The notes under the pieces were generated by a model, which had not been told where the DNA came from, did no database searches, and worked only from the letters and a program-made list of their open reading frames with translations. The translations under genes were made by a program, and so were the position numbers. From Bilabrum cf. latius (taxonomy: Eukaryota), in assembly GCA_965178125.1 (NCBI GenBank), contig OZ237740.1:744001-808000 (forward strand): a DNA stretch of 64,000 bases, written 5' to 3'. Positions 1 through 10,217 of the stretch are shown in pieces (positions within the stretch are counted from its first letter, which is position 1; each line of letters opens with the position of its first letter).

Positions 1-32
1 TGAAAATGACTTACAGAACGACTTACGGCGAT

Positions 33-103
33 GTCAGTGGTGGGAATCGAACCCACGACCTTGACTTTGTGAAACAATCACGATATCACTAGACCAAGAC
101 CAC
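33..103 (-). ncRNA. Degenerate tRNA-like sequence / candidate Pol III transcription unit
   Basis: Minus strand has box A-like TGGTCTAGTGA (96-86), variable loop AGGTC and a perfect T-arm GTGGG-TTCGATT-CCCAC (box B, 56-40). A TTTT lies at 6-3. The acceptor stem does not pair and the anticodon stem needs a 2-nt bulge. Confidence 0.5.
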
Positions 104-163
104 AACGCACCAACAGGGTAAAAAAATTATATTTAAATAAATTAAAAAATTCAATACGGGTAC

Positions 164-222
164 GCGCCCAGAATTGCGGAAATATATCTTAAATAGCTAT
201 AATATTACCGCAATTTCGGGCG
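164..222. repeat. 59-bp imperfect palindromic repeat, copy 1 of 6
   Basis: GCGCCCAGAATTGCGG, an AT-rich loop, then CCGCAATTTCGGGCG. Confidence 0.9.
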
Positions 223-257
223 GTCGTATCTTAAAAGATTTTAATACATACGATATC

Positions 258-283
258 ACTTATTAAGTTTTTTATTAATAAGT
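258..283 (-). terminator. Candidate 3'-end hairpin of the primase-helicase gene
   Basis: ACTTATTAA (258-266) and TTAATAAGT (275-283) form a perfect 9-bp stem 6 nt past the TAA stop. Confidence 0.4.
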
Positions 284-289
284 CATAAT

Positions 290-3088
290 TTAATTTTGTT
301 GTTCTAGTGGATCATTATCCTCATCAACAAATAAAGCGGGGTCTAAGTCAACCTCTATCTCTTCATCGGGTAATTGAACCTCTTCATCATCAACAAATAT
401 ATCTACTTCACGAGTCTTTTTCTTGTTAGACCAGATATATTCCATCTCATCAATAATATCCTAATTAAATTCTACATCATAGTTAATTTTCTTTTTCTTA
501 CAAGTCATAAATATGTCTTTCCCAAACATTGATTTATATACTTTAAGTATTTCGTAATAAAGACCTTTATCAGTGGATAAGTCAACTTTACTTCTTCTTT
601 GGCAGTCATACACTGTCCTATATTCATCTGTTAAGTCTTGATCTAATACTTTCTTTTTGATATTATAATCAAGATTAGTTCTTTTAAGACCTAAAGTATC
701 AATCATCTTATTAAGTAAGACTAATTTTCTAGAACTAGACTTAGCATTGATAATATCAAACTCGCCTTTATTAATTGCTTTCACAAGTAAGTGCTTATCA
801 TCTTGTCTAAAGAATTTATTGAAATTAAATAAATTAGATAACTTACCTTTATTAATAAAGTACTCTTTGTATTTGTCAATATCACCTTCATCTAAGTCTA
901 AATATTTATTAATCTTCTTGACATTAAGACAATTAATATCAAAATTTTCAAGTTGTTTTTCTTTAATGGTATCTTTGATTTCTTTATCCTTACATCTGGT
1001 GATCTTAACAGATAAATCATAAGACACGTCATAACCGGTATCAATTAACTACTTGATCATATGTAATTTAGGGTTTGTCTTATAACAATCTACCTTGTAA
1101 AGATAATTACGATATAGTTTCTTGAATATGATTTTAACTTTGCTCATTTCTTCTTCTACTTTGTCTTCTACTTCTACCTCGTTGAAGTCGGGATATGTAT
1201 CACTGACAAATTTAACTAATTCTTCGTAGTCTTTTAAAGAGGTAGCCATAAAAGATTTAACTTGTGAAAGACTTTCATATGTGCTAGATCGTCCTTTCTA
1301 GTAATCAAAAAATATAGTGATATGTGATGGGTTTCTACATCTGTTAAGCTATTGAACCATTTGGGGAGGTGTGATAGTATGACCTTTGAAATAACCAAAG
1401 ACTGGTCTAGTCATAGTGCTATCTATCCCGTAAATGACTTTAGGTGAGAAGATAATGATATCAAACATATCCATATCATAGTCTTTGTCTTCGCTTTCTG
1501 CTGTAAGTATTAAGATTTTATTTAATTTCTTATCTTTCTCGTTATCTATAATTTTAAGACTAATTAACTCATTGATTATATCAGCTTTTGTCTTACTATC
1601 ACTAGCAAGCATAAATTTCTTGTGTTTCATTAACTCATCTCTAAAAGTCTGTTCGTCATTAACAAATACAGTTTTGGTGCCCTTGAACCTGTTTCTGTCA
1701 TTCCTAATATATTGATAATCTAATTTTAATAATTCTAAGAAATATAGAGCATCTTGAGATAAGTCAGCATCTGCTACTATGAACTACTTACAAGTGGTAA
1801 GAGCACGAATAAGAGTAATGAAACTCATTGGTCGCCTACCATATAAAGTCGTAGAACTTAAACAGTGTTCTAAGATACTATTAAACTCATCTAAAAAGAC
1901 AATATAATCCTTAAAGTTATAATTGCTAAGACTAACAATACTTTCAGGAGTAATAACAATACTATCACCCTATTTGTATTTATGGTCTTGATAGAATTTA
2001 GTTGATTTTGGAAGACTACGCATCTATTGCTTACCTAATAAAATACGACTAACAACTGATAAAAAGCTGTCATCTACTCTATTAAATAAATCATTAGCAG
2101 CAGTTGTCTTTCCAGAACCAGCCCCCGACTTAACGGCATAGTTGATACCTTTCTTAAAGAATTTAATATAACGACCTTTGTCGTCAGCAGTCAAATATCT
2201 ACGGTCAATCTTCTAATTGACTTTCTTGACTACTTTATTCTTGAATATCTTGTATCGATAATATAGGCTAAGTCGTTTCTTTTCACTATCTAACTAATTA
2301 AAGAACCATTCAACACATTGAAAAGTGGAATTTTCTAATAATCGAGTAAAAATTATCTTGTTCTTAGTCGACTAATAGCTTTCTACGTCTTGTTTGCTCC
2401 ATTCATCAAATATATCATATACCTTATTACCATCTACTGGATTTAAGTATTTAGCGATATAACTTGTAGCTCTACAAACTAGATGCCAGTTATATGAATT
2501 AGAATAATACTCTTTACCTAATTGATATAAGTATTGTTTGTATTCTTCGGGTTTAATCATATAACGGTAGTCTTCAGCTGTAAGTTGTGGTGAATAGATA
2601 TTTTGTAGTATGAACATCTTGACGTCAGTTGGTATTCTTTTCACGGATGTCTTTTGTATTAGTTCGTATTTCTTACCGTTGATAGAGCTAGGAGGACACA
2701 TGATAAAGCTATCATTTGTGATCACATCTATATGTTCTTTTCTATTTACTGACCTCTTACTAAACTCTTCTTCATACTTAAAATACAAATGATATCCATT
2801 GGGAGACTTGACAGTGTAAGTATTCATCTCTTGAATAAACTTATCAACACTACCATATTCCGCAATAAACTTACCATTTTGAAATTCAGTTTTATTTTTC
2901 TCTTTTTCACAATCTAAGTCAAGGACAAAGAAACCTGCACGTCTTCCAGTAAGTAATCCAACATTAAGATTTGACTTTCTGGTGATAAGTTTAGTAGATT
3001 CCAAATTCTACCAAGACTTAATAAGTGGTTGTTTAGAGTTGTGAGCTATTGAGAAATAAACAGGGTTAGATATGTGTTCGGTCGTCAT
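290..3088 (-). CDS. Prim-Pol primase + PriCT-like domain + SF2 (origin-binding-protein/UL9-like) helicase, 932 aa with TAG=Gln
   Basis: ATG 3088 to TAA 290-292 in one frame, interrupted only by 11 TAGs. Motifs: NVGLLTG..FVLDLD, VKSPNGYHLYF, MCPPS, IFDEWSK; Walker A KSGAGSGKT; VVSR; FLDE; ADADLS; SPKVIYGID; QQLNRCR. Confidence 0.9.
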
Positions 3089-3124
3089 TCTAGTATATAC
3101 TATACTAAAGATAATTTTTTAAGT
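3089..3124 (-). promoter_or_regulatory. Shared upstream motif ACTTAAA..T(A/T)TCT..TATA (also at 3332-3369 and 3574-3606)
   Basis: The same motif starts 36, 38 and 33 nt upstream of the ATGs of the three element genes. Confidence 0.55.
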
Positions 3125-3331
3125 CATTTTCTAGACGCACTATTTTGGCTTAAAGGATTGAGATGGATTTTCGCGCACAACTAGAGTATTTTTAAATTTT
3201 TCAATTTCTGCTGGGGATTTCCCGATTAGTAAATAACTTATAGTCTCTTGAAACTCTATTGGTAAGTCTTGTAATTGATGTATTGGTTTATTGATAACTT
3301 GATTATTTGATTTGGTATCTATTAAATCCAT
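3119..3331 (-). CDS. Small hypothetical viral protein (70 aa with TAG=Gln)
   Basis: ATG 3331, two TAGs near the C-terminus, TAA at 3119-3121; preceded by the shared upstream motif. Confidence 0.55.
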
Positions 3332-3363
3332 TATTAATAATACTATAATAATAGAATATATTT

Positions 3364-3573
3364 TTAAGTCTTATTTAATCCTTCTGTATCTGGTTCATCC
3401 TTAACCTGTTTTCTCTTCTAATAGTACCCCTTCCATTTCTCTTGATTCTTTTGGTAATATTTCTATTTAGCTCTTTTAATAGCTTCTTTCTTTTTGGTCT
3501 CTAATTCCTTGAGTCTTTGATAATCTTCCATAATGTCTTGAACCTATTTTAATACATCTTTAATATCTGGCAT
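3364..3573 (-). CDS. Small basic helical viral protein (69 aa with TAG=Gln)
   Basis: MPDIKDVLKQVQDIMEDYQRLKELETKKKEAIKRAKQKYYQKNQEKWKGYYQKRKQVKDEPDTEGLNKT; 3 TAGs, TAA stop; absent from the ORF track. Confidence 0.7.
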
Positions 3574-3723
3574 TACTATAGTAATATACTAGATAAATCT
3601 TTAAGTTTTTAAAACTAGAAAATGACTTAAAATAAGTGGTATGAGTTAGTGAATATGTAAAATTGAATACGGGTGAGCGCCCAGAATTGCAAACATAATT
3701 TTCTTGATACTTATATATTTCCG

Positions 3724-3798
3724 CAATTTGGGGCGGTCATATCTGGAGATACAATTTGGGGCGGTCATATCTGGAGATACAATTTGGGGCGGTCATAT
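3724..3798. repeat. 28-bp tandem repeat x~2.7
   Basis: CAATTTGGGGCGGTCATATCTGGAGATA at 3724, 3752 and 3780 (partial). Confidence 0.9.
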
Positions 3799-4276
3799 TT
3801 ATTATTAGTTATTTTAAAATATCTCGTCAAGTGGTTAAGTCTTTTTGTGATATCCCGTTAAGTGGTCAATAAAATGAACGGTAAGTCAAAAAAATTAATC
3901 AAAATAAAGAAGTAGTTGATTATTAATTATTGAAGACACCTACGCGCCCAGAATTGCGACAATATCTCTTAATATCCTAATATATTTCCGCAATTTCGGG
4001 CCGTCATTTCTGGACATTTAATATAGCACATACTAGAAATATCTTTATTACAAAATTACACCTCTATAAGATAACTATGTCAAAATTAACAAAATATAAA
4101 ACTCAATACACCTACGCGCCCAGAATTGCGACAATATATCTTAATATCCTAATATATTACCGCAATTTCGGGCGCTAGTATTATACTATACCATATTTAA
4201 TTATCCTATATTTTCCATTTAATCTAGTGATTAATCATTTCAAAGTAATACACTTGACATAAACCAGTTCATTGAG

Positions 4277-4379
4277 TCATTTTAAAGTCATCGTCAAAAC
4301 ATTTATCATTTTTAAGTTATCGTCAAAATATTTATCATTTTAAAGTCATCGTCAAAATATTTATCATTTTTAAGTTATC
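4277..4379. repeat. 29-bp tandem repeat x~3.5 with alternating variants
   Basis: TCATTTTAAAGTCATCGTCAAAA.ATTTA alternating with TCATTTTTAAGTTATCGTCAAAATATTTA. Confidence 0.9.
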
Positions 4380-5127
4380 CCGTTTTGTATTCCTTTATAT
4401 CATATACTCAAACAAAGGACTTAAAACATATTTAAAGAATTATGAAAAATAAAAATCAATACACCTACGCGCCCAGAATTGCGAAAATATATCTTGAATA
4501 GCTATAATATTACCGCAATTTCGGGCGATAGATAAAAGAATGTATTTTTAAGGGGATACCCTTATATTTGAAGTTTTGAAGAGATGACATATAAAAGACT
4601 TTATAAAGTGATTAATATCTCCTTCTAGTTATATTTAAATATTCAATTATTTAAGTATAGATTGACAAGTAATAAAAAAAGAGATAAATTAAGTTGATAT
4701 ATTAGTTTAGTTTTATTTATTAATTTAAATTTTTCATTGGAAGTATTAAAAAGACTTTAATACTTCTGTCAATCTCTTTAAGTATTTATTTAGTTATTTT
4801 CTAAAGTGGTAAATGTCAATTGATACTTAAAACCAAATCATAATATAAAACTCAATACACCTACGCGCCCAGAATTGCACACATATATTCTTAAATGACT
4901 ATATATTTCCGCAATTTCGGGCGGGCATATCCTAAGACTTAGGCTAGGGATTCACTCAACAGATTAAGTAAAGTAAAGGTCTAACAGATAGACATTAACG
5001 GCGCGAAGGTATTAAATTAGGTAGATATATGAATAAATAGCTATTAAATTATTATGTTCAAGTGAAGGACATTATGAAGGACTACGGCTTAAGATGTTGT
5101 GAAGTGGTTAATATTGACCTCATATGT

Positions 5128-5222
5128 TATCCGCCAAAATGTGGAGTTATGATAACTCTATTTCTACTATATAGTAGAAATAGAGTTTACTTATATAAAA
5201 ACTACACACATTTTGGCGGATA
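5128..5222. repeat. Nested terminal hairpin of the element
   Basis: Outer 16-bp perfect inverted repeat (5128-5143 / 5207-5222) enclosing a perfect 34-bp palindrome (5154-5187). Confidence 0.9.
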
Positions 5223-5279
5223 GCCTGCGTGCTGTGCTCCAGTGCTCCCTGCTAGCCACCACCATCGCTCTGCAAACGA

Positions 5280-7355
5280 TTACACCGCCGAGTAGCCGTC
5301 CCAGCCCATGCTGCCCAACCTCATGATCTTCCCATCTACCCTGGCCTTCTGCTTTTCCCTGTACGCCTCGATCTTGTCGAGCATGGAGGCGTCTCCCGTG
5401 CCTAGCATCCTCACGGCCAAAAGAGCGGCATTGTCCGCGTTGCCGATCGCAACGGTTGCAACCGGTACGCCCCTGGGCATCTGCACGATGGAGTGGAGGG
5501 AGTCAACGCCGTCCAGGTGCTTGAGCGGGACCGGCACCCCGATCACGGGGAGTGGGGTCAGCGCGGCGACCATGCCGGGGAGGTGGGCGGCCCCGCCCGC
5601 TGCAGCGATGATGACCCGGATGCCGCGGCCTCGGGCGGCCCTGGCGTACTCAAACATGCGGTCGGGCGTGCGGTGCGCCGACACGACCGTCACTTCGAAC
5701 GGCACCTGCAGGGTCTCGAGCAGCTTGCACGCTGGCTCCATGTGCGGCAGGTCAGAGTCGCTGCCCATGATAATCGCCACGATGGGGGGCTCCACCGTGG
5801 CCAGGGCGTCTCTTGCAGTGCGATGCACCGTTCCGGGGACGGGCTGTTCCCCAGCGACACCAGCACTCTCAGCCGAACCGGAGCCGGCACCGGCCCCGCT
5901 CGCTGCCCCCGACACGGACCCAGACAGGCTCGTATCCCCCGCGTCAGGGGCAGAGGCAGAGGGGCTAGGGGGCGGCACCAAGGCAGGATCGTTCGCCTCA
6001 CAGGGAACACCGGCCCTCCTGGCAGCAGCCAGGCAGCTGAGGAACGAGTGGGATGTCACGGTCAGATGCGCCATCTTGCGGCCTTCTCGCAGTGCCGTCT
6101 TTCCGTACCAGTGCACGCGCAGCCCGCCGTCAAATGGAACGTTCTCTAGAGGTTCCTTGAGTCCCGCCACCATGACCCCTGTGCCAGCCCCGCCCCCTGC
6201 CTCCAGCCCTACCAACCTGCTCCTCAGAGTCTCCGCCTTGGGCTCCTCGACCCCCTCTAGCAGCCACTGGTCGGTCATGCCCCCGAGGATGTTGTACATG
6301 ATGGCCCCCCCCGTGCCCTTCCTGAGTGCAGTGCTGCCAGTGGGCATCCCCGCCAGCACCCTCGCAAGCTGCTCGAACTGGGAGACTCCGCATGCCTCGA
6401 TCGTGTAGTGCCCCGTGTTGTGCGGCCGCGGCGCGCACTCGTTGTACAGCACCCGCCCGTCTTCCAGCTCGAACATCTCAACTCCGACCACGCCCGGGCC
6501 CAGCCAGCGGGAAACCTTCTTGGCCAGGGCCACCGCCCTGTCGGTTGCAACCGCCCCCACGGCGGGGGAGCCCACGTGCGCTTCACGGAGCACAGCGTCC
6601 TGGTGCTGGCTCACCACCACGGGGTACGTGGACACGGACGAATCCGAGGAGAGTCCCGGATCAGAGGTTCCAGCGGGGTTGTTTACGGCCATGATGGCAA
6701 GTTCGCGCACGAAGGGAACCCATTTTTCGGCGTAGAGCCTGAACTGCTCGTCCTCGTCGACGGCAGATGCTCGGGAGGAGTCCACTAGCCCGCCGAGCGA
6801 TGCGACCGCATCGTCGATGCCGTCTTCACTGCGGACTACAGCGTTACCTTTCCCGTCGTATGCTCCTCTGCGGGCCTTGAGTACCACGGGCCAGCCCCAC
6901 TCGCGCCCAGCCGATCGAATGTCGTCGGCTGTTCGAACCAATCGAAAGTCTCCGAGAGGCACACCCTCGTGGCGCAGAGCAACTTTCTGGGAATACTTAT
7001 CCTAGATAATTTGGACTTTCTGCGGTGACGGTACCACGGTGGCACCCGATTCAACTGCTTCTGCTAGGGCCTTGCAGTTGACATGCTCAATCTCAATCGT
7101 AGTTGCCTTGCACTGCGAGACGAGCTGGCGGACCTTGGCCTGGTCCGAAAACGAGCCAAGCATCTATCTCGCTCCCACTTGCGCCGCTGGGCAATTTGGA
7201 GTCGGATCCAGCGCCAAGCAGCTGAGCCCCAGGCTCTGCATGGACTGCACCAGCATCTGCCCCAGCTGGCCTCCGCCAAGGATACCGACATCAAATCTCT
7301 CGTCCTGGCTTACAGGTACCTACTTGGACGAGTCTAAGCCTGCTGCGGCTGCCAT
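5280..7355 (-). CDS. ADE2: Phosphoribosylaminoimidazole carboxylase (PurK-PurE fusion), 691 aa
   Basis: [21 protein letters not shown][TAG][60 protein letters not shown]; 3 TAGs; TAA stop. Confidence 0.95.
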
Positions 7356-7456
7356 ACCGAGTCTTGTGCACGGACTTTGTACGCAAGATGCGGCCGCAAA
7401 ACGGTGAACTCCTATCCGCAGTACAGTGCAATGCTACCAATTAATTGTTCGAAAAT

Positions 7457-10212
7457 GGTCGGCGCCGCGCCCAGGTAGCGGCGACGGGACCGATTTAAGT
7501 GCACGCAACTATTTCGGGGCTTTGGCCAAATCTGGAACCGCCCATTATCTTGGGTAATTTTGGTACAACGTGATAATTAGTCCTATTAAATGATTTAATA
7601 TGATAGTATCGTGTGATATTGGCTGTGGAAAATCCTGTTAGACATCGTGATGCGCACCAGTGATACCATGAAGGGTCAGTACTCCCTGTTGCTTGGGTGC
7701 GGCTACAGACGTACACAAAGAGGGTTTTTGATCAAAACGCCTAGAATCGCACCCAAATCCAAGTAGCCATCGACTGTGATATTATCTGGAAAACGTTTTT
7801 GGTTAGCGTCGTGCCAGGCCTTGCCAAAGGCAATATCGCACTGCCCTGTCCGGGACATACATCCCCTGATTACAGGGCTCATAGGAGTTACTGCGCAAAA
7901 TTGAGCCCGCAAATGTGTATTTTGACTATACTTACATCCCTTGCACCAGTTTGCGTTGAATTGATTTCGTGCCGAACCGCCGGAACTGCACTGGGTCCGC
8001 GAAGTGGAATGCCTGGCGCGGCTGGGCTTCGTTCGAGCCGAACCAAAACGCCCCCTTCGAGCGCATGTCAGCCCGTAGAACCCCGTGACGGCTGAAGACG
8101 AAACCTCAAGACTACCCTCCCGGACCGCGTTGTCGCCGTTGCTATCTGCAATCCCTGCTCCTGTGCCTGCTCGGCTGCGTCCTGCGCTTCCTGGTCCCCC
8201 AGCTCGTCTTCCTGGTCCTTCAGGTCGTCTTCGCCATCGCTGCCGTAGCGTTCAACCCCTTTCTTGTGCATGCCTGACCGCAACCGTTTGCGTTTACTCC
8301 CTGCCGTGATGCTCGAGACCGCGCTTGGCTCGCCTGCTCCTCCCCCCCGCCCAGCGCTGCTTCTTCAATGTCTGCAGCCCGCCCTTTGCCCCCGCTTTTG
8401 GTCTTACCTTTGTTCACGCCCTTCCACCCCTATGCCTTCTTGTCAGCGACGACAAATAGAAACGGCTCCAGGGACAGCTCCATCCAGCGTTCTCTACGAC
8501 AGCCTCCAGCAAGTCTGCTCCAGCCAAACCGGAACAACTGCGAGGCCAGGTCCAGGATCTGATGCTCTCCCGCTTCTCTCTGTACTCGATCAGCAAAAAA
8601 ACGTCTCGGGCAGCATTCTTAGGCTCTGGCACCCCACTAGCGAACCGTCTCTCTCGGTTGGCCAGGATCCACAGCACTGCATGCCAACGCTGCACCAACG
8701 ACCCCACCGAGCAGGGCCGCGCAACCCTGGATCGAGCGACCTTCGCCGCTGGTTGGGCGAGGCTCTCCGCCAGAAAGTGAGCATACCGTTGCCATTGCTC
8801 GGCGCAGACGCTGGGCCGCCGGTCGCCTCACCTCGCATTCTGCCTCGCCACGGGCGCAGCACGAGCACCTCAGGTCGCCCTGGATCCCCTGCCACCCGGC
8901 CCGGTGGTCCAGGTCCCGGAGCCGACCGCGCGGTGCCACAGCTCAACAGCTGCTTTCTAGTTCTCACTGCATCATTTAGATGCCTCATACTTTCCTTGGA
9001 TGTGTCGCATAGCTGCAGAACGAGCGATGAAGTAGCCACGGTCGCACATGCAGAGGCTGCCGCAGATATGCCACCAAGCTATAGATGAACTCCTGCAAGC
9101 GCCAATGCCACATTTTTAGGTGTCCAGCTAGTGATACAGACTTACAGGACACGAAGGTATGCAGAGGTAGGCCTCTTGCCGCGCACGTCCGCCAGTGCAG
9201 CGGCCGCCAGAGACAATGCGCATGCGTATGCGACTGCGCATCGAGCCTCCTCAAGGTAATTTTGCTGCTGCTAGACAATTGCCTCCTCCTTCAGCTTATA
9301 CTAGCGTTGCTACGTCCGTGAATCCAGTTTTAGAGGCTGACCGTCTAAACCTAAGGACCTGTCCGGTTGGCCTACTCGATCTCTTGCCTTGATCGAGGTG
9401 ACTACGTCTGCGAAACTCATTGAAACAGAGCCGTAGCACGTAATCTACAAATACTTTAAAGATAGCGCCATCAACGTCGCCAAATATGCATATTTATCGA
9501 TCATATCAACCAAAATCTGTCAAGCGCACCACCATCTTTGAAGCCCATTTGCAAAAATACGCCATCTTGAATTTCGCTCAAAATCTATCAAACGGAAAAA
9601 ATCCGTACGATGTTGCAGTACACGGACGGAGAAAGTGTGCAATTGGATCGTGGGCACGCCAAGACCCCATGAGGAGACCCTCATTCGGCTGCTACAATCA
9701 GCACAGCGCCCATATACACTCAAGGAAGACAAAAATTGCGCGAAACGCTGTATATTCCGATTCAATTCATACAATTCTACGCAAAACATAGAGAAAACAA
9801 TGCGAAAGCTGCCCAGGTACTGATTTCGGCTCTGCCAGAAAGCTCGCTCGGGAGTGCTACACGTACCACCCGATGCACCATCCATTTTTCAAGATCCGAC
9901 ATAAATAACCCCAAAATATGATATAATGTACAACTCTGTCTGACATAAAAATGGCGGTTTTTGAGATATTGCCTAAATCTCGAGAAAATCGCGATTGAGT
10001 GCCAGGCGAGCAGCGCCTCACCTTGTCGGACGGGCCAGTAGAGCTACTTGCCGGATCCATGACCTCGGATCCAGCGGACCAATCGAATTCAATAATCAAT
10101 TCAATGGTATTGGCATACTCTCGAAAGAATGCATTCAGTGGGAGCCGAGAAAAGTGGCTGTAAAAAATCCGGAACCCTCTCCCGTCGCCGCTGCCTGGGC
10201 GCGGCGCCGACC
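7457..10212. mobile_element. TIR DNA transposon copy A (decayed/non-autonomous), 2756 bp
   Basis: 33-bp TIRs GGTCGGCGCCGCGCCCAGG(T/C)AGCGGCGACGGGA with 1 mismatch; AAAAT on both sides (7452-7456, 10213-10217); frameshifted coding relic on the minus strand (~8068-9420). Confidence 0.85.
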
Positions 10213-10217
10213 AAAAT

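Larger units (their letters stand above)
3677..4923. repeat. Cluster of five 59-bp imperfect palindromes (3677-3735, 3944-4002, 4116-4174, 4469-4527, 4865-4923)
   Basis: Same GCGCCCAGAATTGC...CCGCAATTT(C/G)GGGC arms in the same orientation; four are preceded by ACACCTAC. Confidence 0.9.
1..5222. mobile_element. Right end of an AT-rich endogenous virus-like element (Polinton-like virus/virophage-like; class not determinable here)
   Basis: Sharp switch from very AT-rich to GC-rich sequence at ~5222/5223. Intronless viral-type primase-helicase, dispersed palindromic repeats and a terminal hairpin. No capsid or integrase gene is in the window and the left end lies outside it. Confidence 0.85.

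Noticed and set aside
33-103. Functional tRNA or UAG suppressor
   Set aside because: Acceptor stem unpaired, anticodon stem irregular, no CTA anticodon
3677-4923. CRISPR array
   Set aside because: Repeats are 59 bp with variable cores, spacers are ~110-340 bp and irregular, there are no cas genes, and the context is eukaryotic
1-5222. Naming the element as mavirus/EMALE or the host as a particular species
   Set aside because: No capsid, pPolB or integrase in the window and no rRNA marker; the resemblance is only in GC contrast and gene style
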